A DNA stretch of 64,000 nt from Octopus sinensis (lineage: Eukaryota), in contig NC_043000.1 in assembly GCF_006345805.1 (NCBI RefSeq), forward strand, positions 159,836,001 to 159,900,000, in the 5' to 3' direction. Shown piece by piece: positions 1-12,554 of the stretch. A program made the translations under genes and the position numbers. Position 1 is the first letter of the stretch. Each line of letters starts with the position of its first letter. Under the pieces are notes generated by a model. It did no database searches. It was not told the origin of the DNA and saw nothing but the letters and a program-made list of their open reading frames with translations.

Positions 1-356
1 CCGTTTTAGGAAAAATATAGAGAAGTCCTTTGTAACTGATGTCATACGTAATATTAATGGGACATTCCCATCGATACTCACACCAAATGCAAAAGTAAAA
101 GGCCAGCTGTAACAGTCATACAAGAAAATGAATGTACCGTCATAGAGCTCTGTTACTCTTCTGATGTAAATATCTCTTCGAAAATCAAAGAGAAACATGC
201 TAAATATGGAAAACTACTTCGCGGCTTCTATATCCTGATTATAAATTCTCATTGACAGCAACGATATTTAGTGCACTTGGACTTTGTTAGTAAATGCGTA
301 AATGGCAACCTGGACAAGCTAGTTTTTTTTGTTTAGAAAAATAACTCAACTAGTGA

Positions 357-748
357 GGCGCAGGAGTGGGTGCGTGGTAAGTAGCTTGCTAACCAACCAC
401 ATGGTTCCGGGTTCAGTCCCACTGCGTGGCATCTTAGGCAAGTGTCTTCTGATATAGCCCCGGGCCGACCAATGCCTTGTGAGCGGATTTGGTAGATGGA
501 AACTGAAAGAAGCCTGTCGTATATATGTATATATATATGTATGTGTTTGTCGCCCTAGCATTGCTTGACAACCGATGTTGGTGTGTTTACGTCCCCGTCA
601 CTTAGCGTTTCGGCAAAAGAGACCGATAGAATAAGTACTGGGCTTGCAAAAGAATAAGTCCCGGGGTCGAGTTGCTCGACTAAAGGCGGTGCTCCAGCAT
701 GGCCGCAGTCAAATGACTGAAACAAGTAAAAGAGAGAAAAGAGAGAGT
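357..748 (+). mobile_element. tRNA-derived SINE, family A, full length with internal (TA/TG)n
   Basis: Head GGCGCAGGAGTGG..TGGT (A box) and GGTTCAGTCCC (B-box-like). Near-identical copies at 4120, 37772, 39158, 39435 and 62641. AG-rich tail. Confidence 0.9.
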
Positions 749-944
749 TAACTTGCACATTACAAATACAATCTGTAACTGGAACAGTAAAATTATTGAA
801 GAGTTTTCTCACGTTGAACATAGGTAATTGTTTTTTGTTGTCGACGGAGTTTCTTAGCTTTGTTAGAAAGCTGCTCTTGTTTTACACGAAGACTTCAAAG
901 GATTAAAAATAGAAGAGATCATAATACATACATATATACATACA

Positions 945-1570
945 TGATGGCTGCCCCCTCGTTATCGAGTATGGCCATTGCACGAAGCTTAACTGTTATT
1001 GGTGCTGTGATCAAATGTGACAGCCAGCCATTCAGTTGAGACTCACAGCACCATCAACAATCATGAACAATGTTGTTACCGTGCAATGCCTGTGCAGGAA
1101 GATTTTTTTAAAGTGAGGAAAGGCTGTGCACTGAGTCAATCCCACTCACAAAGCAACAGCAGCCATAATCCGAAAAGAAGAACAAGTCAACATCATCGGT
1201 AACCACTGAGCTGCAGGTTTTATGTCGGAGTTATCCCAGTTACCTGAGTTACCTTCTCCTAGAAGGATGCCCTAACAAAGGCTAGGAGTCCTTCACTTCC
1301 AATGGTTTAACCGCGCGATCGGGTATTCTGTCCGATCATTTCAATGTCCTCGCGCATGATACAGCCTTAAGACATTTACTGGATGGCCGTTGACTCTGAA
1401 GAGTTCCTCCGCCCTTTGACGGGTTTTGTTTTTCATCCCGCAGGGTGTCCAATAAACACCCTCCTCACCAAGCAAGCTTGGTGGGGTTGCCGGTTTGGTC
1501 GCTGACAGCCCGACCATGCAACAGGTTGTACTGGGTTGCATGTTACCAGTAGCACTCGAAAGTGACCTGA
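945..1570 (-). mobile_element. Non-autonomous retroelement resembling an RTE-type LINE 5' UTR
   Basis: GC-richer block between (CATA)n arrays. Minus-strand motifs AAACCCGTCAAAGGGCGGAGGAACT and GGGCATCCTTCTAGGAGAAGGTAACTC resemble RTE 5' UTRs as I recall them. No coding region. Confidence 0.4.
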
Positions 1571-1579
1571 CATACATAT

Positions 1580-1610
<31 letters not shown>

Positions 1611-1724
1611 CATACATACATATACATACATACACACATATATACATACATACATATATACATACATACATACATATATATACATACATACATACATACA
1701 TACATACATACATGCATACATACA

Positions 1725-1758
<34 letters not shown>

Positions 1759-2049
1759 CATACATACATACATAAATACACACACATACATACATATGAT
1801 TCATATAATAAGAATTCTTTAGCAGATCTTTAATAATTCGTCACAATAATTTCTCTACCAACTCTGCTTAGAACGCCAGTTTATGCAAAAATTCGAAGCA
1901 AGAATTTAAGTAATGTTTGACATTTACGTAATGTTTAGACATTAGACTGGCACCTCGTCAGACTTGCATCAAAGGTGCACTACCACACAAACATACATAC
2001 ATACATACATACATACATACATACGTACATAAATACATACATACATACA

Positions 2050-2083
<34 letters not shown>

Positions 2084-2110
2084 CATGCATTCATACAAAC
2101 ATAAATTCAT
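1571..2110. repeat. (CATA)n microsatellite arrays (1571-1797, 1990-2110)
   Basis: Directly visible; source of the MYVC/HTYI ORFs. Confidence 0.95.
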
Positions 2111-3390
2111 ACATACACGGAAATATCTGGTTCCACAGAGAAAGAGCAAATGAAACTGACGCGAATTCCTCAAATCCAGTTTATTAATGGGACAGCGAAG
2201 AATTGTATAACATTACCAAAATTCTCCATCCGAGATTCTTATGTGAATAAATGCACACACTTACTTATATGCATCGTCAGTTCATCTAACATACCAACTC
2301 AACCAGATATTTACAAGCATCGGGAACTCTCTTAACTACAATAAATTTTGTCGCTTTGTTAATAACCAACTTGAAATCTCTCAAGAACTTAAAATAAAAT
2401 TCAAGGAAAAAATCATACAGTTAAAAGTTATGAATTATATCCCTCCAGACGACATGGGGAAAATGTGAGGCCCATGCATTGGATCACCAATTGCTCTATT
2501 AGTTTTCTAAATTAATAGTATGGAAATAACTGGAGTACACATGCTAATGAAAATATTCAACGATATTCAGTCTGACAGAAAACAAATAGCCAAAATACTA
2601 TCTGAGATCTACTATGCAGAGGCACGCATTTAAACGTTATTATAGCCTGTAGGGTAAACAAAACGTTTACCACACACAATTTCATATTAATAGGAACCTG
2701 GCAAATCTATAAACTAAAGTCTTGAGTGAAAATTAATAACTAAATTCATAACCTTAAAACATGAACATTAGACTTGAATGAGAAATCCCATTACCGGAAA
2801 ATACATTATTAACCATATGTTAGGTTCTGACTCAAAAATAGTAGACTGGAAAAAATCTGTAAAATGTGTGTCCTCCCAGGCATATCTTAAATAGTTTTCA
2901 ATATATTAAGCATTGCATAAGTAATATAGTGAGTTGAAAAACCTAGATAAAATAGAATTATCAATGCAATAAAATAGAATTATCAATGCAATAAATAGAA
3001 AAAAACATTTTCTAGTGATATTTAAAATCAAAAATCAATACGCAATAGGCGTCCTGGTTTTAGATAAAATCATCCAGTCGCAGCATTATAAAGATTTAGT
3101 AAATTTGAAGTAATTATGAATGGATCTTAACTTTTACGACAATTGGGGACACCAACGAACAAGTTTCGTTTTGATCTTCTTTGATTTTCTATGCTCTATT
3201 CAGTTCTCATGACTTAGAACTGATCAGTATATATAAAAATGTAGGGAATACAGAGCCCATATGAATATCGATAACATGACCGGAAAAGTACTGTAGATCA
3301 GTGTATATAAATAGGAAAAATATACACAATAAAGAAATACAGTGTAATAATTTATACATACATACATACATACATACATACATACATACA

Positions 3391-3425
<35 letters not shown>

Positions 3426-3469
3426 CCTTAAATCCTTAAAAATGTTTTAGCCCGATATATATATATATA

Positions 3470-3701
3470 TATTGTTGTGTCTGGGGAGAGTTATTCTCTT
3501 TTAGTGCCTTATTATTTAACACACTCACTGGTAAAGTTTCCACTCATTTACTTATTTATTTTTCCTAAGATTTTCGTTGCATCTTGCAGCTTTTTCAGTA
3601 GTTGTTGAGACTCTGTCCCCAAACACAAGATATGCTTCAACACACGAAGTCACATAAAAAATCTTGCAAACCAAATCCAGAAACGAAGTCTATATATATA
3701 T

Positions 3702-3737
<36 letters not shown>

Positions 3738-4050
3738 CATACATACATACATACATATATCCGTCTTTGTATTTTCCTGTCCTTTTTGTACCGTCTAACT
3801 GTCCGAATGTCTTGTTGTCGCCTGTTACGTTCATGTTTCATTTTTTGCTTTGTTTATATATATATATTTATATATATATATACATATATATATTTATATA
3901 CACACACACACATACACACACATATATATAGGGAGAATTCACAAAAAATGACGAAGACAGTTGCTGTAGACAACAAACAGATCTATTAGTATAACGCTCG
4001 AGAAGTGAAAAAGTGTTTAACGTTTCGAACCTACGCTCTTCCACAGAAGA
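3470..4050 (-). mobile_element. Penelope-like terminal-repeat fragments interleaved with (TA)n
   Basis: Short unique blocks flanked by (TA)n. They contain hammerhead-like folds at 3561-3604 and 4013-4050, a known property of Penelope pLTRs. Confidence 0.5.
4013..4050 (-). ncRNA. Minimal type I hammerhead-like motif, CUGUGGA core variant
   Basis: Minus strand reads UCUU-CUGUGGA-A-GAGC(GUAG)GUUC-GAA-ACGU-U-AAAC: 4-bp stem II, palindromic stem III, weak stem I. Confidence 0.55.
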
Positions 4051-4119
4051 TATATATATAGGAACACCGTATTTCGCTTGGCAACCGTATTGAAGTAACA
4101 AATATTTGAAAAGTTTATA

Positions 4120-4514
4120 GGCACACGAGTGGATGTGTGATAAGTAGCTTACTTACGAACCACTTGGTTCCGGGTTCAGTTCCACTGCTTGGCACCTTGA
4201 GCAAGTACTATAGCTTCGGGCTGACAAAAGCCTTGTGAGTGGATTTGGTAGACGTAAAATGAAAGAAGCGCGTCGTATACATGTATATATATGTATGTGT
4301 GTATATATGTTTATGTGTCTGTGTTTGTCCCCCAGCATCGCTTGACAACCGATGCTGGTGTGTTTACGTCCCCGTCACTTAGCGGTTCGGGAAAAGAGAC
4401 CGATAGACTAAGTACTAGGGCTTACAAAGTGTAAGTCCTGGGGTCAGTTTGTTCGATTCAAGGCGGTGCTCCAGCATGGCAGCAGCCAAATTATTGATAC
4501 AAATAAAAGAGTAA
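4120..4514 (+). mobile_element. SINE family A copy
   Basis: Colinear with 357-748 over its whole length. Confidence 0.9.
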
Positions 4515-5048
4515 GTCAATATGATGTCCTTTGTTTTCGTTTTAGCAGTGCGACTCAATCACTTTTAAGATATCTCTACATGTCCTGTACAGGATTTAGT
4601 GCCAACACCGAAAGTTACTACATTTTATACACGAATACGTTTATGTAAGCAATGCAATCGAAGAAGAAAAATAGTTAATGGGTGTATATACATATTTCAG
4701 GAATTATTGCACTTTTTTCAGTACCACACCAACCCATTAACCATCCATGAATACATTGCTTAAGTAACCACTCAAGTAGCAACTAAATTTGGCGGTGTAA
4801 CATAATTAGATAGATTAGTTGGATATTAAACATATTCCTGGCAACTGGGACGTACATAATAATTGCTGGCAGGGACATCGTATATGTGTTTACAACCATA
4901 ATATACTACCGACTGTATTAAAGGTTTATAAGTCAATACTGTATCCTACGTTTCTATATTAGAATCACTTTTTTGTTATCTTCGTTCGCACAATTTACAT
5001 TGATGTATTCGTACACAAAACGTCGTAACTTTCAGTGCTCCCTCTAAA

Positions 5049-5080
<32 letters not shown>

Positions 5081-5081
5081 C

Positions 5082-5163
<82 letters not shown>

Positions 5164-5399
5164 GTGGACAGACACATATACATACATTTACTCCCAGATA
5201 TACATGTATGTTATGTTTATGTTATATGTATGTGTGTGTCTTCATGTGTGTGCGGTTTTTATATTTGATTAGTAAATAAACAAGATAAATTTAAGCTAAA
5301 CATGGAACAATCCTCGTTCAATTTTCCACCAAATAATTTGCAGCCCATCTAAAAGACATAAACTGTAACATATAATCGAGTAAATAGAAAATTTCACGA

Positions 5400-7150
5400 G
5401 AAGAATGAGATAGTAATTACTCATACAGCAACTTTCAATTTAAATCGAATAAACAAAACACCACTCAAACAAAGAATGTTTGTAACAGTTCTTTTACACT
5501 TGGTGAAGAGAGTAAGACTTAGAAAGGTTTACATCAGCTCACAAATTCTCTAAATAAGAATATAATAGTTTCTCGTGAATTCACCCCTACACTTTTTCCC
5601 TAAAATATTTATATATCATCGGACAAGACCAAGACCTTTTATGGTAGCATGTAGCATGCAACTGTTATTCAATTGCATTACCTACTTTACGAAAATCCCT
5701 TCCCAAAGCAAAGAGCTCTTATTACCATAGAAAATAAATATACAACCATCACTCTTGGTACAGATGAGCAAGAAAGATATTTTATCCCATGCATTTTATT
5801 AATTCCTCTTAATGATTCCTCTTAAAGATCAAATCTCTATTTTCTTAGTAAGAAAATAGATATTTTATATTTTCTTAGTAACCTTAAATACAATCTAATT
5901 ACCCTAAATGTAGGCAAATAAATTGTGGTAATCAGACTATGTATACTCGCAGATGATACTGTGATTTTTTCTAGTTTGATCTCATTGAAGTCTTTTAATT
6001 ATTACTCTTATCCTCCTCTATCCTATCTATCCTACTCTAACTTACTCGATCCTATCCATGGTTTATATCAGGTAATCCGATGTGGTAAATATGTATGCAA
6101 CAATGTCCATTTTGTTTTGTGACAATTCATCTGGGATAAACATAAATCGAGATAAATTGTTTGACGTTCTTATGGGACCATACAATAGAACGGAATTATG
6201 CGAAATTATTTGAGTTTAGGAATTATGCAAAATAGGTCCCTAAGTTACGAAAGAGATCGTATGGTGATCATGCTTTCTCAATTCATACTATTTGCATAGG
6301 CATAAATTAAACTAAAGGTATCTTATATAAATTTATTTAGTTATAAAATCATAGGAAGCAGGTTCACTTTTAGATATCACATTAAACTTTGCTACAAATA
6401 AATCCAGCCCTTACCAACAGCACAAATGACAAATTAACTTCTATTATTAATAATTCCAATCACCCTCTAAATATTCTATAAAATTTAACTTCCAATATTT
6501 GTAAATGTATTTATTTATTCAGATACGTATATCTATGTTCAATAGACTTTTATTTTCAGATCATATTCCAGTAATCCAGTGTAATGCTCCAAATCTTTAT
6601 GTCCCAAAGTAAGAATAAATCGAGAAATATACGGTGGTATAGTCGAAATTTTAGATCAAATGTAAGTGCAAATATTGCAAAACAATTTTTGAATATAAGT
6701 CTTGTTGAAGTTTCCGATTAACCATATATATCAAATTTAGAATAGCTGTGTTAAATTTGCATATACTTGCTGTAAAGCAAGAATGCACTCTAACAACAAT
6801 AGCTCATTCTTCCTTGTGACCGTAATTGTATTATTCCAAATAAATATTATCACAAAAGTTCTTGCATGTGATCGCTTGACCTGCCCCAAAATGTAATAAG
6901 ATCTTCAAATGACACTCTAATGTACAAAAATATGGTTTTAAAAGCTGAATAATGTAGTTTTACACTTACTGCATCTGAAAATGAAAAAAAGGATGTAATG
7001 CTTTTAGATAAAACATCTTCGTTAATAACCGTATCATCTGATTGAGAATGAAATGTGGTTACAGAAAACCAACGATTAGAGAACTGTTAACCGATGTAAT
7101 GTTGAATCGTGCAACATGTTAGTGGGTGAAACAAGGGCATTTTACGAATA
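5400..7150 (+). pseudogene. Highly decayed Penelope-like retroelement (RT/GIY-YIG region)
   Basis: Frameshifted peptides: LFDVLMGPYNRTELCEI (about 6158; cf. FDVTMGSYDGAEVCEL), LDITLNF, NSNHP, WYSRNFRSNVSANIAKQF (cf. WFNPPFSKNVKTNIGK) and NSCVKFAYTC (cf. NTVKISYSC). Confidence 0.7.
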
Positions 7151-7169
7151 TCTTTAAAATAAGAGAAAA

Positions 7170-7376
7170 CGCTGAATCGTTAGCACGCCGAGTGAAATGC
7201 TTAGCAGTGTTTGGTACGTCTTCATGTTCTGAGTCCAAATTCCGCCGAGATCGGCTTTGCTTTTCATCATTTTGGGGTTGATGAAATAAGTACCAATTGA
7301 GTACTGCGGTCGATGTAATCGACTTATTCCCTCCCCAAAATTTCAGGCCTTACGCCTTTAGTAGAAAGGAAGATTA
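7170..7376 (+). mobile_element. tRNA-derived SINE, family B variant
   Basis: GTTAGCACGCCG..GTTCTGAGT(T/C)CAAATTCCGCCGAG..GGGGTCGAT motifs shared with 19058, 44045 and 55205; different tail. Confidence 0.85.
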
Positions 7377-8479
7377 AATACTAATTGAATATTTTCGTTG
7401 ACATCCTTGAGCCCAGAGGTAAAAATAGTTCTAGTTTTAATGAATTAACGATCGTTTGGAGAGATAGAAGCAAGAGCAATTTTCTTTTGTTCGTTCATTT
7501 CAGAAAAAAAGGGGACGAAACACAAAACAGGATTTATATATTTGAGACATAAGAGAGACATGAAATGAACTAGGAATGAAGATGTGATTATCGTTTAGTA
7601 GGTTGTGGAATGATTCTGTTGCATTAGAACACTGGATAATGTCTGTTCTTCTCACTTACGTCACCTTCGAACTTGAAAGGAAGTGTGCTCTATACTTTTT
7701 AGAAGTTCAATCACTAAAATATCGATGACGTATTGAGACTACTAAAGTATTTGTTCAGTAAGAACCCACAAGGTTTAATTGCATGATTGATGCTCTCATG
7801 AAAAGCCGGAATATTATGCATCACCGTTTCCAGTGTTCTTAATTCAGATTGTAAGTCCGATTCTGATTCACTATTTTGGTATCAAATTATATACCAGTTC
7901 AAGGGTTTGCTCCACGGAATTTATAGAGTATTGCACATGATGCCTTGCTCTATTTATTCCAAGTCTACAGCTCAGAGAGCAATATCTGCAACAGAGCATG
8001 TTTCGAGTTTCGCATTTCCATAAGATTACACTTGTGGTATCGAGTTTGGTGACATGCATGTACACATAAGGTCTTTAAAAATAGCCAAATTAAGTTTTGC
8101 GCCTGAGAGGGGCATTTCTTAAGAGCAGATCCACCTCTCATGAGGTGTATGTTTCGGGGAATGGGCCTCATATGCAGTTCTTGTTTTCATACCACATGCT
8201 ACGAGAAAGTATAGCTACTATAGCAATATTAAAATAAGAATAAATCCAAATATGCCTCCATCTACTCCCCCCATACATACGTAGCAAGTAAATGCTATAA
8301 ACTTCTGTTTATCATATACAATATAATGTATATAATCCAGTGTTTCCTTCCCTAAATAAAGATGGTAGAGATATAGGGTAAAGGATTATCAATTTAATAA
8401 TTAATAAATTTTACGATGTACCTTCGGTATGGAAAAAAAAAACATTATCGGTAAAAGCTTATACAAAATTTTTTTTTAT

Positions 8480-8725
8480 AATTATAAACATAGTTAAGGG
8501 ATTAGCAAAAAGTTGCTTCACCACATACTGAAAATTTAGAAATAGCAGTCAAAACTACTTATTCTTTTACTACAATATATCCCCACAGACAGTAATATTC
8601 GTAACCTATGTGAAGATACGTATATTGTAGTTGAAGAATTAGTAGTTTTGACTACCATTAATAAATTTTCGGTATGTGGTGAAGCAACGTTTTGCTTATC
8701 CCTTAATTATGTTTGTAAAGATGAT
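8480..8725. repeat. Fold-back inverted repeat (about 100-bp arms, about 40-bp spacer) with adjacent short direct repeats
   Basis: AAGGG(G)ATTAGCAAAAAGTTGCTTCACCACATACTGAAAATTT.. at about 8497 has its reverse complement at about 8625-8710. Confidence 0.8.
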
Positions 8726-9112
8726 AGAGTGTAATTTGCACGAATATACAATTGGCTTCTCTCGTTTCCTTTCCTAATTAAAGATAGTAGAGCGTAATTT
8801 GCACGAATATTCAATTGTCTTCCCTCGTTGGCTTAAAATATACTTACTGGCTGTTTAGCCACAGATCTGTCCCAATCGAATCGGCCTGTAATGAAGACGT
8901 ATACAAATACAGCATCAATTACACTCCTAATATATCGTTTCTAAAGCTGAGTGAGATTCAGCTACTCTTTCAAGCTGACGAACAACCGGGAAGAAGTACT
9001 CTTTTTGAAAACCGAGATGAGCCAATATTAATTTTCAGTCTCATAGAGCAGAAAAAACTCTCCCAGTTGTGAGAGTCCGTGTGAGTAGTAGGTGGTAAAA
9101 GGAAAGGTTTAG

Positions 9113-9179
<67 letters not shown>

Positions 9180-9216
9180 TGACATGAACATGGCTATAAT
9201 AATTGTATTGTTATTG

Positions 9217-9425
9217 TGTGCGAGCTGGTACAATCGTTAGTAGGCCGGGAAAAATTCTTGTCGGCATTTCGTCCGTCCTTACGTTCTGAGGTCAAATTCC
9301 ACGGTAGTTGACTTTGCCTTTCGGGGTCGATAAAATAAGTACCACTTAATCACTGGGGTCGATGTAATCAACTTACCCACTTCCCTCGAAATTGCTGGCT
9401 ATGAGTCAAATTTTGAAACCAATAT
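9217..9425 (+). mobile_element. SINE family B variant copy
   Basis: GCGAGCTGG..CGTTAG..GTTCTGAGGTCAAATTCC..GGGGTCGAT motifs. Confidence 0.8.
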
Positions 9426-10026
9426 TAGATGTAAATATAATAAACATTCTGTTGCTAGGATACTCTTACACATTTAATGAAACCTTCAACCTTCATTATA
9501 AACAGAAAAAATCATGAAGATATTCCTAGAAACCAATAAATAATTTTTTCAAAAGTAAACGGGAAGAAGAAAAAAAGAACAGCATAAAAACACCAAATTT
9601 GTAAACAGATAAAAAACACCAAAAATAAAACCAAGATAAAATGTTCTCGTAAGCGTTGATAAAAAAGATAACAACTGAAACCTACTTATGGATAGCCATC
9701 TTTCGGCCATGACCTCCACGTAACATAGCGCCTCAATGACTGACAGTATGGCACCATATCTTGTCACATGGAAAGATCTTGAACCGAACTGATAAAAAAC
9801 AATGTGTAGTGTGATTTGATAAAATATGATGTCAACGTTGACATTTGCACAAGCTCTCTCTCTCTCTCACACTCACACATATGTGAGAAATATACGACCT
9901 ACAGTATACTTGAGAGAGGAGAGGATGAACTACATACGTACATATATGATATATAAGTAATGTGTGTGTGTGTATACACACACACACATACATACACACA
10001 CACACATACATACATACATACATACA

Positions 10027-10141
<115 letters not shown>

Positions 10142-11196
10142 CTAGCTGAAGGTGACCCGCTTTACGCGCGGGTAAGAGTGTGGGTGTTACTTTCTGTTGC
10201 TTCCTTTCAGCACGTAAAAAGCACCATCCGAACGTGGCCGATTGCAGCACCGCCTTGACTTGCTTCTGTGCCGGTGGCACGTAAAAAGCACCAACCGATC
10301 GTTGCCACTGCGAGTCCCCTGGCACCAGTGCCGGCGGCACGAAAAAAGCACTCACTACACTCACAGTGTGGTTGGCGTTAGGAAGGTCATCCACCTGTAG
10401 AAACACTGCCAGATCAGACTGGAGCCTGGTGCAGCCTCCTGGCTTCCCAGACCCCGGTCACACTGCCCAACCCGTGCTAGCACGGAAAACGGACGTTAAA
10501 CGATGATGATGATTCTCCGTATTTGTTTCTCTCTCCTTTCTCTCTCACTTTCCCACTCTCTTACTTTTCTTTTCTCTCGGACTCTCCCTCGCTTTCTCTT
10601 ACTCTCTATCTTTATCTATCTCTCTCCCATTTATAAACAACAGAAGATCTTGAGTAAGTTGAGAAATAAAATATTTAGAAAGATCAATCAGAAATATGAG
10701 GCAGTGGCAATGGAAAGGTCTGCTTCAAGGCAGACAGCAAAACGCTAACATTCAAAAGGGACAGACGAACTTGCGAGCTGAATAAAAATGATAAAATATT
10801 GGAAACCAAAGTTTGAAGGGATAGAATCTGAGGATAGTAGAGTCACCATGGCTGGCATTTGTTAACGACGGACAGCAACGTAGTGACAGTTTAACGGCTG
10901 GCGTAAAATTTTGAACTTGATGGAAAAGAAAATTCGTAAACACCAAGTTTTATAGTGATTCTTTCTCACGACAGTAGACTCACCATGGCAAGCATTCAAA
11001 ACTTCTTTATCATGGACGGCAACACATTGACGATTAAAAGGCTGGCGCAAATTTTTTAGCTTGATGCAACAGAGAATTCCTAAACACCCGCTCTTTGAAA
11101 TTTTAATCCCCTTCCAGCCCCATTTAGACCCCTTTTCACATTTTGGTTAATATAACCCGATTTCATTCGGGTGTACTGGGGCCACATTTTATAAGA
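10142..11196 (-). mobile_element. Non-autonomous Helitron with internal direct repeats and a nested SINE
   Basis: Minus strand starts A|TCTTATAAAATG at 11196. It ends with hairpin ACCCGC-GCGTAAA-GCGGGT followed by CTAG|T at 10142. Two repeats of about 135 bp at 10838 and 10972. Confidence 0.75.
10195..10512 (+). mobile_element. SINE with RTE-like 3' tail, nested in the Helitron
   Basis: Repeated GGCACGTAAAAAGCACC units, GGCGTTAGGAAGG..CATCC, and a tail GGAAAACGGACGTTAAACGATGATGATGAT ending in (GAT)n. Confidence 0.75.
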
Positions 11197-11339
11197 TGAG
11201 GAATTTTGTCCTAGAGGTGACGCCTTTCATTTGAGGAACAAAATAGTTGTGATGCAAACTTGTCAGCACCTTTAACATAGGTGTGCATATTTTCAGGTGA
11301 ATCGACCGACTACGTAATGCACACATATATATATGTGTG

Positions 11340-11379
<40 letters not shown>

Positions 11380-11522
11380 CACGCATTATATATACAAATG
11401 TATACAAATGAGATATATATCTGTATAAATTAAATTAGAGATAAAACCACTAATAGGCAAATCAAACAGTGAAAAACCAAAAACAAAAACATAAAAAAAG
11501 AAAATATAACATAGAAAATATA

Positions 11523-12037
11523 TCTATATATATAAAACTGTAGTTGTGTGAGTGTCTGTCCCCTTCGATTTAGATTCCTAACTACTCCAAATTTTGCGGT
11601 GCAGTTTAACCAAATTCGGTATCTTATAGTCGTGATTCACATCGAGCCCGTCTGGGTATTAGCGCGCGTCTACGATGAGTCTACGATTTAAAAAATATTT
11701 AACATCATTTTTTATTCCATTTTAATGCATATTTTTTCGTGTGTCGATGGCGGCGGAGTTGGCGTCCACGCTCACGCCTGCACCTGTTTGTTGCTTCTCC
11801 CCCTTCTTCCCTCCCTCGTGAAGCTGTGGGGAAGGGAGTGTAAGGAAATCAACGTCGTAATGCGTTGTGAAGGAGACCAGCGTTCTTTTAGAACAACGAC
11901 TTCATGGCTTGAAGTCGCCAAAACAGAGATCGCTAAAAAAGCTGAAACAGATCCACAAAAACGGCAAAAACCGCCACACATGGCAGGTTTCCTGTGCAAA
12001 CAATTTGCACAACCGAATGTTTTAGTTGTTGCACAAA
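11523..12037 (+). mobile_element. Helitron family 1, 5' portion
   Basis: A|TCTATATATATAAAACTG start; its first 200 bp are homologous to 12038, 25920 and 41750. Confidence 0.8.
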
Positions 12038-12420
12038 TCTTTATATATAAAAGTAAGGTTGTGTGTCTGTCTCCTACGATTTAGATTCCTAACTACACCC
12101 ACGTTTTGCGGTGCAGTGTAACCAAAACCGGGTATCTTATAGTCATGATTCATATCGAGCCCTTCTGGGTATTAGCGCGCGTCTACGATGAGTCTACGAT
12201 TTAAAAAAAAATTTACCATAATTTTTTATTCCATTTTAATGCATTTTTCGCTATTATATAAGGGAAGTAACTCTCTAAAAATGTCTACGATGAGTCAACG
12301 ATTTAAAAAAGAAATTACTTTTTAATGCATTTTTTGCTATTTTTTTTGCTATAACTCACTAAAAATGCTTATATAGTTATTTCCCTTACAAACCCGAGCA
12401 ACGCCGGGCGATACTGCTAG
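12038..12420 (+). mobile_element. Complete non-autonomous Helitron, family 1
   Basis: A|TCTTTATATATAAAAG start, 3' hairpin CCCGAGCAACGCCGGG, CTAG|T end, no TSD. Near-identical to 41750-42143. Confidence 0.95.
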
Positions 12421-12554
12421 TAAAATATAAAATTGAAAACTTTAAATTATTTAAATTGAAAATAAAAATTATGAAATTATATTTATAATTTGTTTAAAAA
12501 TATATATAACTATGAAAAAGTATGAAAAAGCTTAATATACATAAATACAGATAT

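Noticed and set aside
2200-3200. Possible decayed L1/Tx1 3' region
   Set aside because: Only vague peptide resemblance and no diagnostic motif.
4595-5040. Diverged inverted repeats of about 45 bp (GAAAGTTAC..ACGAATAC) as MITE ends
   Set aside because: Low identity and no identifiable TSD.
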